This document shows positions 19,931-30,369 of a stretch of 53,114 nt of DNA, one piece after another. The notes below the pieces were generated by a model, which did no database searches, was not told where the DNA came from, and was given only the letters and a program-made list of their open reading frames with translations. The stretch comes from a candidate division WOR-3 bacterium (GTDB lineage Bacteria > Hydrothermota > Tepidihabitantia > SM23-42 > JAOAFX01). How positions within the stretch are numbered: the first letter of the stretch is position 1; each line of letters opens with the position of its first letter. The position numbers and the translations under genes were made by a program. The stretch is taken from assembly GCA_037444665.1 (NCBI GenBank), contig JBBILZ010000009.1, positions 1-53,114 of the forward strand, in the 5' to 3' direction.

Positions 19931-20116
19931 ATGGATAAATGGCGCTGTGCAGTATGTGGCTATATTTACAATCCAGAATTTGGAGATCCTGAGAATGGTA
20001 TTGCACCCGGTGTTATGTTTGAAGAATTGCCCGATTACTGGGGTTGTCCGGATTGTGGTGCAGAAAAACAATTATTTGAATTATACACAGATGAAAGTGA
20101 ATCTGAATTTTATTGA
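19931..20116 (+). CDS. Rubredoxin
   Basis: CAVCGYIY...[21 protein letters not shown] upstream. Confidence 0.95.
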   Translation: MDKWRCAVCGYIYNPEFGDPENGIAPGVMFEELPDYWGCPDCGAEKQLFELYTDESESEFY

Positions 20117-20128
20117 TGATTGTGCTGG

Positions 20129-20464
20129 ATGAAGCAGAGTATTAATATATTACTTTTGATTGTCTGGATTACGGTTATTTTTATGCTTACCGGATTTCCC
20201 TCACTTGAATCACCCAAGATAAAAGAATTCCCTATAGATAAATTTGAACACTTTTTATTATTCTTTATCTATGGTTTAATTGCCATAAGAACATTGAATA
20301 CAGCAGTATATTTTATATCCGGTATTCTTATTGTTGTCACTGCTGAAGTTCAACAAATTTTTATTCCAGGGCGAGATTTTGAATTTCTTGATATGGTCGC
20401 AGGTTTAATCGGACTCATAACCATCTTTATAATTTACTGGATTAAAAAAGGCAGGCAGAAATGA
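20129..20464 (+). CDS. VanZ-family membrane protein
   Basis: DKFEHF, EVQQIFIPGRDF..LD. Confidence 0.8.
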   Translation: MKQSINILLLIVWITVIFMLTGFPSLESPKIKEFPIDKFEHFLLFFIYGLIAIRTLNTAVYFISGILIVVTAEVQQIFIPGRDFEFLDMVAGLIGLITIFIIYWIKKGRQK

Positions 20465-21699
20465 TTTATCAAAAACCAAAAGGAACCCGTGACCTTTATG
20501 GCAGAGAACTGGAGAGGATTGAGTGTATCAATAATCAGGCAAGAAATTTTTTTAAATTGCACGGATTTACAGAGATTAAAACGCCAACCTTTGAATCCAT
20601 TGAACTCTTTGTTCGTTCTATTGGTGAACATACTGATATTGTGGAAAAAGAGATGTATACATTTGAGCATGATAAAAAATTATTTGTGCTCAGGCCCGAA
20701 GGCACTGCTTCGGTTCTGCGTGCTGTGCTTGAAAATAGAATCGGTCTGCCTGTCCGTTTCCTTTATATTGGCTTGATGTTTCGCAAAGAAAAACCTCAGA
20801 AAGGTAGATATCGTGAATTTTTACAGATCGGTATTGAACTTATTGGCGAATCTGCACCATTCTATGATGCGGAATTGATTAACCTGGCAAATTCATTTCT
20901 AAATTTAGTTGGTGTTAATCAGTTTGTTATTGAATTAAATTCTATTGGCTGTCCTGTTTGTCGTAAACAGTATAAAGAAATCCTAAACAAATATCTGCAA
21001 CCTGAAACTAATAATCTTTGCCCTGATTGTCTGCGCCGATTTGAAAAGAATTTTTTAAGGATTTTTGATTGCAAAAATGATGACTGCCAGAGGATTTATT
21101 CTGATGCACCAAAAATTACTGACAATCTTTGTGATGAGTGTAAAAGTCATTATCACCAGACAAAAGAATTTTTAAAAAGGATGGGTATTGCATACGAGGA
21201 GAACAAAAAACTTGTGCGTGGGCTTGATTATTATACCCGCACCGTTTTTGAGTTCAAATCAAAGGGTCTGGGTGCCCAGGACACGATTATTGCCGGTGGT
21301 AGGTATGATTTATTAATGCGTGAACTCGGCGGTAATGATACGCCCTGTATTGGCTGGGCAATGGGCGTGGAGCGCATGCTCATTGCTTTACCTGATGAGT
21401 TGCCAGAGATTGAAAGGCCCCGTACTTTCTTTATTGCAATTATGGGCGAGCCATTGTTTGATGAAGCAATCAAATTGAGAAATATTATCATAGAGAATAG
21501 AAAAATTTGTATTATCGGAAATCCCCTTGATTCAATTAAGGCTCAACTCAAGGATGCAAACCATTATCAAGCAGATTATGTAATTATTTACGGAGAGGAT
21601 GAGGCAAAAGAGCAAGTCTATACGATAAAAAATATGGTAAGCGGAGAGCAGAAAAGTGTTCCTCTGTCTGAGATTGAACAATTTATTATCCAGTCCTGA
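20461..21699 (+). CDS. hisS: Histidine--tRNA ligase
   Basis: PKGTRD, LRPEGTAS, QKGRYREF, LVRGLDYY, GGRYD. Confidence 0.97.
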   Translation: MIYQKPKGTRDLYGRELERIECINNQARNFFKLHGFTEIKTPTFESIELFVRSIGEHTDIVEKEMYTFEHDKKLFVLRPEGTASVLRAVLENRIGLPVRFLYIGLMFRKEKPQKGRYREFLQIGIELIGESAPFYDAELINLANSFLNLVGVNQFVIELNSIGCPVCRKQYKEILNKYLQPETNNLCPDCLRRFEKNFLRIFDCKNDDCQRIYSDAPKITDNLCDECKSHYHQTKEFLKRMGIAYEENKKLVRGLDYYTRTVFEFKSKGLGAQDTIIAGGRYDLLMRELGGNDTPCIGWAMGVERMLIALPDELPEIERPRTFFIAIMGEPLFDEAIKLRNIIIENRKICIIGNPLDSIKAQLKDANHYQADYVIIYGEDEAKEQVYTIKNMVSGEQKSVPLSEIEQFIIQS

Positions 21700-21721
21700 A
21701 AGATTTTCAGTACTGTAAATA

Positions 21722-21751
21722 AAAAAGGGCACACTTTTGTGTGCCCTTTTT
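21722..21751. terminator. Bidirectional intrinsic terminator
   Basis: AAAAAGGGCACAC-TTTT-GTGTGCCCTTTTT between convergent hisS and S8 peptidase genes. Confidence 0.85.
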
Positions 21752-21764
21752 ATGTTTATGTTGA

Positions 21765-24116
21765 TTACTGAATTAGAACGAGTTTGTTGAACCGTTCAGC
21801 ATTGTCAGTCTTCAATTCCACAAAATAGACACCGCTCGGCAGGTCAAGTTTCTGATTGATTTTATTTTCACCGGCAGGTAATTGCTGATTCAGAACCTGT
21901 TTAACAATCCTACCACTCAGGTCATAAATTTGAACCTTAACCAGTTTCTGGCTACTCAATGTAATCTTCATATTCAGGATTCTGTTCGTGATAGTATTGC
22001 AGACAAAGTTTTCCTTTATCTTTGCCTGGCTTGTATTCTCTTCAATTCCCACAAGCCCAATACCACCGGTTATTGCATAGGCAAATCCCATTGGTGCATT
22101 GGGAACATTCTGCCCGGAAATGGTCAAACGCCAGACACCTGTAGCAGGGCTATTTATCCTGAAGCATTCTTCAACATTACGGTTATCCCAGTTAGCTGGG
22201 TTTGCCTGGGATTGGCCACTGCTATACTGGTTACCGCGATAATATGTGCCAGTGGGTGCGGTCAATAATACATTCAGGTCATTGACAAGTGTAGGATTCG
22301 CACTTGCTGCGGCAGCAGTATCGGTCCAGGCAACAGCGATACGCAGGGGGATTGTAGAAGAGGTGACTGCAAAAGAATCAATTTTTGATTGCCCTGTTCC
22401 AACACCGACTGTATCGTCTTTTATAATGAGCCGCCTTGTATCACCAGTGAAAAAGAGCACACTGTCCGCATCAATCCTGCCCCAGCCAATATCATAACTC
22501 GGAATAACATAAGAGCCCACATTCGGGTCAGCAGATACCATTGCCATTGCGCGCAGGAGTGCTGCACTCTGATACTTAATTGAATCTGCTGGATTTGCTG
22601 CACCGGATGGATAATAGCCAGCAAGCAGATAGTGCCGAATCAGACCAATAGTACCATTCGCTGCTGGTGTTGCCATGCTTGTTCCTGACATTGACCAGTA
22701 TGAATTGGTTGTTCCGCCCTGTGCAGAGTAAAGAACATCACCTGGTGCCATTATATTTGGCTTGATCCGGTTATCCTGTGTTGGACCGCGACTGGAGAAT
22801 GAGGCAATTGCATTGGATGAGGTTCCATTCCGGGTTGCACCAATAGTCAAGACATTTTTGGCAATACCAGGATTGCGGATTCTCGTGGCATAATATTCGT
22901 TTCCTGCAGCATAAAGATTTAAGAACTCTGGATGGGCATAGATATATGCATCAGTGGTTGCATCCTGTGTTAAATATGTGCCACTGGAATTACCCCAGCC
23001 CCAGGAACCTGAATGTTGAAGAATGTTGTATCCAAGTCCGCGTCCAAGAAAGATTGTATCATACATTGGGGTCAAATTTGTAGGAACAACCAGGCCACCT
23101 GATGAATTGGCAATATCCACAAAATATATCTTTGCTTCTTTAGCCATACCATCACGCGTGCTCGTTCCAAGAAGTGTATCATTACCTGCAACTGTGCAAT
23201 TGACATGTGTGCCATGCCAGTATACTGCACTTACATCACCAAATGCTGCACCAGAATATAACTTATAGGCAACAATCTTACGATGATTGGGAAATACACC
23301 CGGTGCAGTAATCGGGTATGATGCATCATAATACTGTTGATGTGAGGTATGTATTCCGCTGTCAGTGGTGCTGAGCACTGTTCCTGCGCCCTTTATGCCT
23401 GCAAACCATATCCTTCTTGCACCGGGGTCTGGTGGCACAGTTGAGCGCCAGCCAGTCTGTGTAACCCACTGGCAGTTATCATTGGCAAGGGTCGGTTCAG
23501 ACCATAATTGAATCCAGTGCACGCCAGTAATCCTTGCAATCTCATCAATCCGGCTCAGGTCAACATTCGCATCAATGGTCTTGCATAATTTGTGGTCTAT
23601 GACCTCTACCACATCAAAACCCAAGGATTGAATAATGTTAGCAATGGAATTTGTATTTTCATTGGGGAATAATTGAATTGTCACCCGTGCATTGCCCTTT
23701 GCTTCCATAATCTCTTTCTGGAGTTTATATGCAGGCTGGAATATGCCGGTCCAGCGCACAAAAGGTTTCAGATTAGCGAGTTCAATCTGTTCTGGTTTGG
23801 CATAGGAAATGAGTGCATACTTTGGTATATATCCCACCACATCAATACCGAGTTCCTTTATCTGGTCAATATATTCAGAATAGACCGGCCCATCAACCTG
23901 TATAAGATAGTATCCTGCATCATTGTATGAGTCTATTTTTAGATTTGCTGGAAGTGTTGGTTCACCAGACCGGGTATCAAAGACTATGCCATTGGAGAAA
24001 GAGATAATCGTAGGATTTTCATCGGGTGCTGGAGTATAGGGGAAAATGGGCCCTGATGAATGGATATCAACTGCAAATGCGATTGCAGTTATCAGTAAAA
24101 GAATCAACCATCTCAT
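21765..24116 (-). CDS. Secreted S8 subtilisin-like serine peptidase with C-terminal T9SS/FlgD-Ig-like domain
   Basis: DSG, HGTHV, AAGN, SGTSMATP; C-terminal IYDLSGR...LPSGVYFV; AAGGAGG before ATG 24116. Confidence 0.92.
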   Translation of the reverse strand: MRWLILLLITAIAFAVDIHSSGPIFPYTPAPDENPTIISFSNGIVFDTRSGEPTLPANLKIDSYNDAGYYLIQVDGPVYSEYIDQIKELGIDVVGYIPKYALISYAKPEQIELANLKPFVRWTGIFQPAYKLQKEIMEAKGNARVTIQLFPNENTNSIANIIQSLGFDVVEVIDHKLCKTIDANVDLSRIDEIARITGVHWIQLWSEPTLANDNCQWVTQTGWRSTVPPDPGARRIWFAGIKGAGTVLSTTDSGIHTSHQQYYDASYPITAPGVFPNHRKIVAYKLYSGAAFGDVSAVYWHGTHVNCTVAGNDTLLGTSTRDGMAKEAKIYFVDIANSSGGLVVPTNLTPMYDTIFLGRGLGYNILQHSGSWGWGNSSGTYLTQDATTDAYIYAHPEFLNLYAAGNEYYATRIRNPGIAKNVLTIGATRNGTSSNAIASFSSRGPTQDNRIKPNIMAPGDVLYSAQGGTTNSYWSMSGTSMATPAANGTIGLIRHYLLAGYYPSGAANPADSIKYQSAALLRAMAMVSADPNVGSYVIPSYDIGWGRIDADSVLFFTGDTRRLIIKDDTVGVGTGQSKIDSFAVTSSTIPLRIAVAWTDTAAAASANPTLVNDLNVLLTAPTGTYYRGNQYSSGQSQANPANWDNRNVEECFRINSPATGVWRLTISGQNVPNAPMGFAYAITGGIGLVGIEENTSQAKIKENFVCNTITNRILNMKITLSSQKLVKVQIYDLSGRIVKQVLNQQLPAGENKINQKLDLPSGVYFVELKTDNAERFNKLVLIQ

Positions 24117-24237
24117 AATACCTCCTTTCAAGAGTTGATTCTCCATAATATATTTTAACCAAAATATTTATAAAGTCAAGGGTAAAATTCACAATTTTCT
24201 CTTGACAAATTGAAATTTATATGTATAATAGGATACT

Positions 24238-27200
24238 ATGAGGGAGTGTAATATCTGTGGCTATAAAAAAATTAGTGAGGAATATGGATATTGCCCTAAT
24301 TGTGGGGTAAACTTTGCTATTACTGAAAAAAAAGAAATTGATAGTGAACATGTAAAACTCTGGGGTGGAGAATCCCGTCTTGCAACACTCTTTTTTGTAA
24401 ATTTTATCAGCACTGAGCAAAAATTAGATAAAGCAACAACCCGTCAGAATGTTATCTATCTTAGCGAAGCAATGCAGGAGATTGAAAACATAATAAAAAA
24501 ATATGATGGCACTGCAAATAGAATTCTTCCAGATAACCGCATTCTTGGTGCATTTGGAATTCCCAGAGCCCATAAAGACGACCCGGAACGAGCACTGCGT
24601 TGCGTAATGGAGATAAAACAATATTCTCAGGATAAAATTCAGAAAAAAGAATTTGGTGCCTGGGAGATTTCTATTGGTATAAATACGGGCTGGGTATTTT
24701 TTGGTTATGTTATTGAAAAACTTTCCTACCTTACAATCATTGGTGATACAGTTAATGTTGCTGCACGCCTTACCCAGGTTTGTCCTCCAGGAAATATATA
24801 CTTAAGTAGCGCAACATATGAGAATGTTGCCCAAATAATAGATGTTGATGTGGTGGGTGAACGTGCGGTAAAAGGTAGAACAGAGACAGTTAAGATTTAT
24901 GGGCTGAAAGGATTTCATGAAGAAAAACAGACATCTTATGCATCCCGTTATCCATTACTTGGCAGGGAGAAAGAATTTGAAAAATTATTAAATTTAGCCC
25001 GCGAGGTAAAAGAAAATAATCAACTTAGATTATGTGCAATAATGGGTCAGATGGGTATTGGAAAGACACGACTTAAAGAGGAATTTAGGGATTACATTTT
25101 AAAAGATGGTTCATATAAAGTGTTTGAAAGTTATTGTGCGGTTGAGATACATACTCCGTATTATCCGTTCAAATTATTGTTTCGTGAATACTTAAGTATT
25201 AAGGAACTTGACAGCCATGCTAAAATTATTCAGAAGATTGAAGATTTTGTTTCCAAAAATAATCTTTCTATTCAGGATGCACAGGGTCTAAAGCATCTAT
25301 TTGTGACTGATTTACATCGCGTGTGGGGTGATACAGTTATGAAGATTCAGGAAGAGATCTTCAGCGCAACCAAAAATTTTCTGAAGGTTGCCTGTCAAAA
25401 TGCAGCCCTCATATTAATTTTTGAGGAGTTCAACCGGGCAGATGATTTGAGCAAAGCCCTTGTATCTTATCTTACTAATGAACTTTCAAATTTACCTATT
25501 TTTATCTTGATGGTCAATTTTGTTGAAGGAAGTTCGGGAAAATTGAATGCACCTCTTGAGGTGGTCAATCTTGGTCCTCTTGACCCGGAAGCAGTGGGCA
25601 GACTTGTAAAATATATTCTTAATGATGTTGATGAGAAATTGGTTGATTTTATTTATCGTATATCCGGCGGTAATCCACTATTTACAATTGAGACTATTCG
25701 CAGTGTTCAAAGAACAGAGATGATTAAGCAGAAAGAATCAGGTCAATGGTATCTTGAGAAACAAAAGAGGCTGCCTTTTCTTGATGACCTTTATGGTGTG
25801 GTGATGTCGGGTATAGATTCTTTATCTTCGGCCCATCGTTTAATAATAGATTATGCTGCAGTTATTGGTTATAGTTTCACGCACCAGGTTATTGCCAGCC
25901 TTCTCAGTAATGTTATTGATCTACAGGAGCGCCTTGAGTATTTAAAAACTGAAGATTACATTGTGCAGTTCAGGGGTGGTGAAGACCCGGTATACATTTT
26001 CCGCCATAATCTTCTGCGCGATGCAGTGTATACTACTTTGCCGATGCGCAAGAGAAAAGAGATTCATAGTCGGGTTGGAGAACTGCTTGAAAACATATAT
26101 GCAGAGAATCTTTCTGAATTCTATGAAAATCTTGGCCAGCAGTTTTTGTCCTGTGAAAAATTCACAAAAGCCGCACATTATTTTAAACTTTCCGCAGACA
26201 AGGCAAAGGCACTCTTTTCAATTGACCCGGCAATGAATTATTATAATACAGTCTTGAAAATTGAAGATGAACATCCAGGCACTGTTGATTTTGATAAGGT
26301 ATGTGACTGTCGTTTAAACCTTGCTGACCTTTATGAGCTTAAGGGCGATATTCAAAGGATGAAGGCAATAGCCGAATTAGGCAGGGAAAGCACCCGCAAA
26401 ACAGATATGTTAAAATGGAATATATATTTTACAGAACGTCTTGGCTTTGCCCATTACCTGCTCAATGAGTATAAAAACGCTGAGGAACTTTTTATCACTG
26501 CAGTTCAGCAATGTAATGAACAATTGCCGGAGATTTTGAGTATTCTATATACTGACCTTGGAATGCTTTATCTTGCAAAGAATGAGCCAGAGAAGAGTCT
26601 GCTTAATTACAACCTTGCCTGGGTTACGACCCGTGGTAATAACTTAAAAGAGGGAGAATTTGCATGTTTACTCAATCTCTCTCGTATGCACAGTAATCTT
26701 GGTAATTTTGAACTCTGCCTTGAATATCTTAATTATGCTTTAACTGAATTATTACAGGAATCTGAAATATTAAGAGTCGCTGAGGTCAAATATCTTATGG
26801 GTGATGTGAATTATCATCTCTGGAATTTAGGTCGCGCACAAGAATACTTTCAGACCGCCTTCAATCTTACAGAACAGATTGGTGTTGAAACCACTATAAA
26901 GTCTGCATTGTACCTATCATTTATCAATTCTATATTGAAAAAAGAGAAAGAGACATTGTATTATTTAGATTTTGTGGATAAAAAGATTTCTCTTCTGGTA
27001 AGGGAAGGTCTGCTTGCGGAAATAAATCTCAAGAAGGCACTATCTTTATATAATCTCAATCAGAATGATAGGGCAAGGGAACTTGTTAATAATGCCCTGA
27101 AGATTGCTGTTAAATTAAATATAAAAGAGATTGAATTTTTCTCAAAGTTATTGCTGGCACGGTTTGATACAGATGAAAAAGAAACTTTTCTCAAGGATGC

Positions 27201-27417
27201 GTTGCAAATTGCAGAAACATTGAAATTTCCTCCTTTGATTGGTCAGGCATTATTCGAACTTGCGCGATATTTTCTTGATAATCAAAATTTAGAAAATGCA
27301 CGCTATTTTGGCCGAAAAGCACTTTTTGTTTATGATGATATCAAGGCGAGACTCCGACCTGAAAATCGTGAATATTTTATACAACATCCTGAGTATAGTA
27401 AACTTCTGGAGTTGTAG
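24238..27417 (+). CDS. Zinc ribbon - degenerate class III nucleotidyl cyclase - STAND-like P-loop ATPase - TPR protein
   Basis: CNICG..CPNCG; IGINTG..IIGDTVNVAARL; GQMGIGKT Walker A; SGGNPLF; FRHNLLRDAVY; helical TPR C-terminus. Confidence 0.88.
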   Translation: MRECNICGYKKISEEYGYCPNCGVNFAITEKKEIDSEHVKLWGGESRLATLFFVNFISTEQKLDKATTRQNVIYLSEAMQEIENIIKKYDGTANRILPDNRILGAFGIPRAHKDDPERALRCVMEIKQYSQDKIQKKEFGAWEISIGINTGWVFFGYVIEKLSYLTIIGDTVNVAARLTQVCPPGNIYLSSATYENVAQIIDVDVVGERAVKGRTETVKIYGLKGFHEEKQTSYASRYPLLGREKEFEKLLNLAREVKENNQLRLCAIMGQMGIGKTRLKEEFRDYILKDGSYKVFESYCAVEIHTPYYPFKLLFREYLSIKELDSHAKIIQKIEDFVSKNNLSIQDAQGLKHLFVTDLHRVWGDTVMKIQEEIFSATKNFLKVACQNAALILIFEEFNRADDLSKALVSYLTNELSNLPIFILMVNFVEGSSGKLNAPLEVVNLGPLDPEAVGRLVKYILNDVDEKLVDFIYRISGGNPLFTIETIRSVQRTEMIKQKESGQWYLEKQKRLPFLDDLYGVVMSGIDSLSSAHRLIIDYAAVIGYSFTHQVIASLLSNVIDLQERLEYLKTEDYIVQFRGGEDPVYIFRHNLLRDAVYTTLPMRKRKEIHSRVGELLENIYAENLSEFYENLGQQFLSCEKFTKAAHYFKLSADKAKALFSIDPAMNYYNTVLKIEDEHPGTVDFDKVCDCRLNLADLYELKGDIQRMKAIAELGRESTRKTDMLKWNIYFTERLGFAHYLLNEYKNAEELFITAVQQCNEQLPEILSILYTDLGMLYLAKNEPEKSLLNYNLAWVTTRGNNLKEGEFACLLNLSRMHSNLGNFELCLEYLNYALTELLQESEILRVAEVKYLMGDVNYHLWNLGRAQEYFQTAFNLTEQIGVETTIKSALYLSFINSILKKEKETLYYLDFVDKKISLLVREGLLAEINLKKALSLYNLNQNDRARELVNNALKIAVKLNIKEIEFFSKLLLARFDTDEKETFLKDALQIAETLKFPPLIGQALFELARYFLDNQNLENARYFGRKALFVYDDIKARLRPENREYFIQHPEYSKLLEL

Positions 27418-27419
27418 CG

Positions 27420-28058
27420 ATGGATTGTTCTTTTTGTAAAAAGAATATTTCCGAGGATACTAATTTCTGCCCTCATTGTGGAACATTGTTATCGCAAGAA
27501 AAGACACTACCTCTTGAAGGGCTCTCTCTTGTTTTTCTACGCGCTGACCTTTCGGGGTTTACAAGTATCAGTGAGCAAATGTCCGCAGAAGATGTAATGT
27601 CATTCTTAAATACTTTGTTTGGTAATTTTTATGAAATTATTACTAAATACAAGGGTTTACTTTATCAGGTGATTGGCGATGAAATCGTTGGTATTTTTGG
27701 GCTTAAAAGAGAAAGTGGTTTCGCACCGCACCTTGCCATTATGGCGGCAGAAGAGATTATCAAAAAAGTCAAGGATTGTAATAAATTATTCTCTTTTGAT
27801 AAAGAATGTACCATAAAAATTGGTCTGGAAATGGCACCGGCATCAATCTATCATATTAGGCATAGTTTAAATGATGCGCTCATTGTGACCGATGGTTTTG
27901 CTAAAAGCCTCCTCCTCCAGAAGAATGCCAATAATAACAATGTGCTTGTAGGTGAATCGCTCTATCAGGCGACCCGCAGCTTTTTTGAATACAATGAATT
28001 CGGCGAATTAATTGAGAATTTAATATCTGTTCGTGCATATGTCCTAAAAATAAAATAA
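27420..28058 (+). CDS. Zinc ribbon - degenerate class III nucleotidyl cyclase (small subunit)
   Basis: CSFC..FCPHCG; RADLSGFT; VIGDEIVGIFG; lacks GDxVNxAxR. Confidence 0.85.
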   Translation: MDCSFCKKNISEDTNFCPHCGTLLSQEKTLPLEGLSLVFLRADLSGFTSISEQMSAEDVMSFLNTLFGNFYEIITKYKGLLYQVIGDEIVGIFGLKRESGFAPHLAIMAAEEIIKKVKDCNKLFSFDKECTIKIGLEMAPASIYHIRHSLNDALIVTDGFAKSLLLQKNANNNNVLVGESLYQATRSFFEYNEFGELIENLISVRAYVLKIK

Positions 28059-28060
28059 TT

Positions 28061-30241
28061 ATGCCTGGCGAGCAGTCTCTTGAATTTATCTTAGAGTTTA
28101 TCAAACAACTGGGTCTGGGAATAAATATTTCAAGAATCTATCCCAAGGGGCACCCTTCATTAGAACCGGTTGTGCAGAGGATAAAGATTATGCTAAAAGA
28201 GATTCCCATTGAACAGGAATCAATTTCTGTTGTTGTTGTTGAGGATGTGCTTATGATTGGTGAACAGAGATTAGATTCCAAAAGACTGCCACTGATAAAA
28301 AGTCTTGTGGACAGATTTGCACATCTTGATGTCAAGAGTATTACCTTTAATGTGGATGCAACAGAAGAGGAGATTCGTGGATTTTTTCTGGCAATGGCGG
28401 CAACTCCTGCAGATATTGCTGATTATGGTGATATTGTCGCACTGGTTAAGGCAAAAGGAATTTTAGGGATAAAAATAAATAAATTCCGTGTAGGTGTGGT
28501 ATCATCTGAGACCGATGAAATCAAACAGATGGATTGGACAACATTCTTAGAGTCGTTGGTTGTCTCTCAGGATGCTTTGACTGATGAAAATAGATTAAAA
28601 CAATTAGGAAGTTTTCTTGCGAATATAGGCGTGATGGGAAATGAAGCACCTGATATTCAGACCCATAAAGTTATCAGTGGCCTTGAAAAACTCACTGCCC
28701 TGATTGCGGACCAATACGGTGAAGAACGCTGGGATGAATATGCAGTAATCTTCTCCCGGATGCTCGCGGTTCTTTCACCAAACATCAAAAAGAATATTGC
28801 CCAGTATAAGACTGAAAACAAAAAATTGGCATCACTTTTTAAAGGTTTAATTCCAACAATGGCAGATGAAGACATTATTGATATTATTGCGATAAAGGCA
28901 AAGGAGAAATCTCCAACTACCGAGGATGAAATTATTGATATATTGAAAAATGTAACTGGCACGCGATTACCTGACATTCTTTCGGCAATCCGGGTCAATG
29001 TTCCCGAAATAAATTTTGAAAAGATTGTTGCCAGATTGATGAGTGAGATGAAAGCAACAAAAGGCACAGATGTTGCTGATAAGATAATGGAGAAAAACTT
29101 AGAACAGCAGATGCGAAGTTATTTCCCACAATTACGCGACCCCTCTCCTCAAAATCGGGCTGAGGCACTTGACAAACTGATGGGTTTGTGTCCGAAGCTC
29201 TTTGAAAGTAAAAATTATGACCTGATTCGGCTTCTTATTGACCGCCTTGATACAATGAGTGATACAGAAGAGGATTTGAATATTTTCAAAAAAATTATTG
29301 ATGGCATCGGCAATCTTTATATTACTGCACAAAAAAATCAGCGCGAGGAACTGGTCCAATTTGCTTCAAAGAAATTCAGCCGGCATCTCGTGCGTAAAGA
29401 AAAGGCATTATTAGAGAAAAAACATATTGTTATCAGAACTATTGCTTTATTAAAAGACCAGAATTATCTTCCAGAACTTGTATCATTACTCTGGGACCAG
29501 GGTTCATTCAGTGAAGCAAGGGATGCATTGATCACAATGGCGGAGTACGCTATCCCAATGCTTATTGGAACATTGACCGAAGCCGAAGACCGGACAGTTC
29601 GTATGAAAATCATTGATGTCCTTGTGCGTATGGGTGAGAAAATTGTCCCAGAGATTGTAAAGTTATTGGATGAAAAAGAGTGGTTTATAAGGCGCAATGG
29701 TATATATATTCTTGGTGAACTAAGATCTGCATCATCAATTGAATATCTTGGTAGGTTGATCAATGACCCTGAAGAAAAGGTCCAGCTTGCAGTAGTTGAG
29801 GCACTGAGTAAGATAGGTACGGAGAAAATCCGTGAATATTTGAAATCTGGTTTAAATAGCAAGCACCGTTCAGTAGTGATTGCAGTTATGAAATCACTGC
29901 CCAGAGAGGATGTGGCATCCAAGATTGTTGAGGTCGCAGGATGGATAAAACAACGTAAATCTATCCCTGATGAAAAAGAGGAAATCTTCCGGAGGTCAAT
30001 TATTGAACTTTTAGGTGAAAAGGGTGATGAACGAGTTTTAGACCATTTACTCGGTATCCTGGAAGAAAAGGCAATTTTCAAAGGGGACCTCATACAGACA
30101 ACTAAATTAACCGCACTGAATGCAATTGCCCAGATTGGAACTGAAAAGGCGATTGATATTTTAAAGAGCCTTCAAAATCACAAAGACCAATTTATCGCTT
30201 CAACAAGCAGGGATTTATTGAAGCGCATTTCTAAACCGTGA
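28061..30241 (+). CDS. HEAT-repeat protein
   Basis: C-terminal HEAT repeats (VRMKIIDVL, WFIRRNGIYILG, VQLAVVEAL); N-terminal IYPKGHP domain. Confidence 0.78.
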   Translation: MPGEQSLEFILEFIKQLGLGINISRIYPKGHPSLEPVVQRIKIMLKEIPIEQESISVVVVEDVLMIGEQRLDSKRLPLIKSLVDRFAHLDVKSITFNVDATEEEIRGFFLAMAATPADIADYGDIVALVKAKGILGIKINKFRVGVVSSETDEIKQMDWTTFLESLVVSQDALTDENRLKQLGSFLANIGVMGNEAPDIQTHKVISGLEKLTALIADQYGEERWDEYAVIFSRMLAVLSPNIKKNIAQYKTENKKLASLFKGLIPTMADEDIIDIIAIKAKEKSPTTEDEIIDILKNVTGTRLPDILSAIRVNVPEINFEKIVARLMSEMKATKGTDVADKIMEKNLEQQMRSYFPQLRDPSPQNRAEALDKLMGLCPKLFESKNYDLIRLLIDRLDTMSDTEEDLNIFKKIIDGIGNLYITAQKNQREELVQFASKKFSRHLVRKEKALLEKKHIVIRTIALLKDQNYLPELVSLLWDQGSFSEARDALITMAEYAIPMLIGTLTEAEDRTVRMKIIDVLVRMGEKIVPEIVKLLDEKEWFIRRNGIYILGELRSASSIEYLGRLINDPEEKVQLAVVEALSKIGTEKIREYLKSGLNSKHRSVVIAVMKSLPREDVASKIVEVAGWIKQRKSIPDEKEEIFRRSIIELLGEKGDERVLDHLLGILEEKAIFKGDLIQTTKLTALNAIAQIGTEKAIDILKSLQNHKDQFIASTSRDLLKRISKP

Positions 30242-30262
30242 GCCGACAGACGAATTTTTATA

Positions 30263-30335
30263 AGCCAGCGACCCGGATCGAACGGGTGACCTGCGATTTA
30301 CGAAACCGCTGCTCTACCGACTGAGCTACGCTGGC
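30263..30335 (-). tRNA. tRNA-Thr(CGT), CCA not encoded
   Basis: GCCAGCGTAGCTCAGTCGGTAGAGCA-GCGGT-TTCGTAA-ATCGC-AGGTCACCCGTTCGATCCGGGTCGCTGGCT. Confidence 0.95.
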
Positions 30336-30369
30336 GCAATCTATGCAATAGTTTAGCCATTCTAAAATT

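Noticed and set aside
24238..30335. tRNA-Thr-integrated island carrying the cyclase operon
   Set aside because: No integrase, no duplicated tRNA-Thr 3' end was found, and no obvious compositional shift
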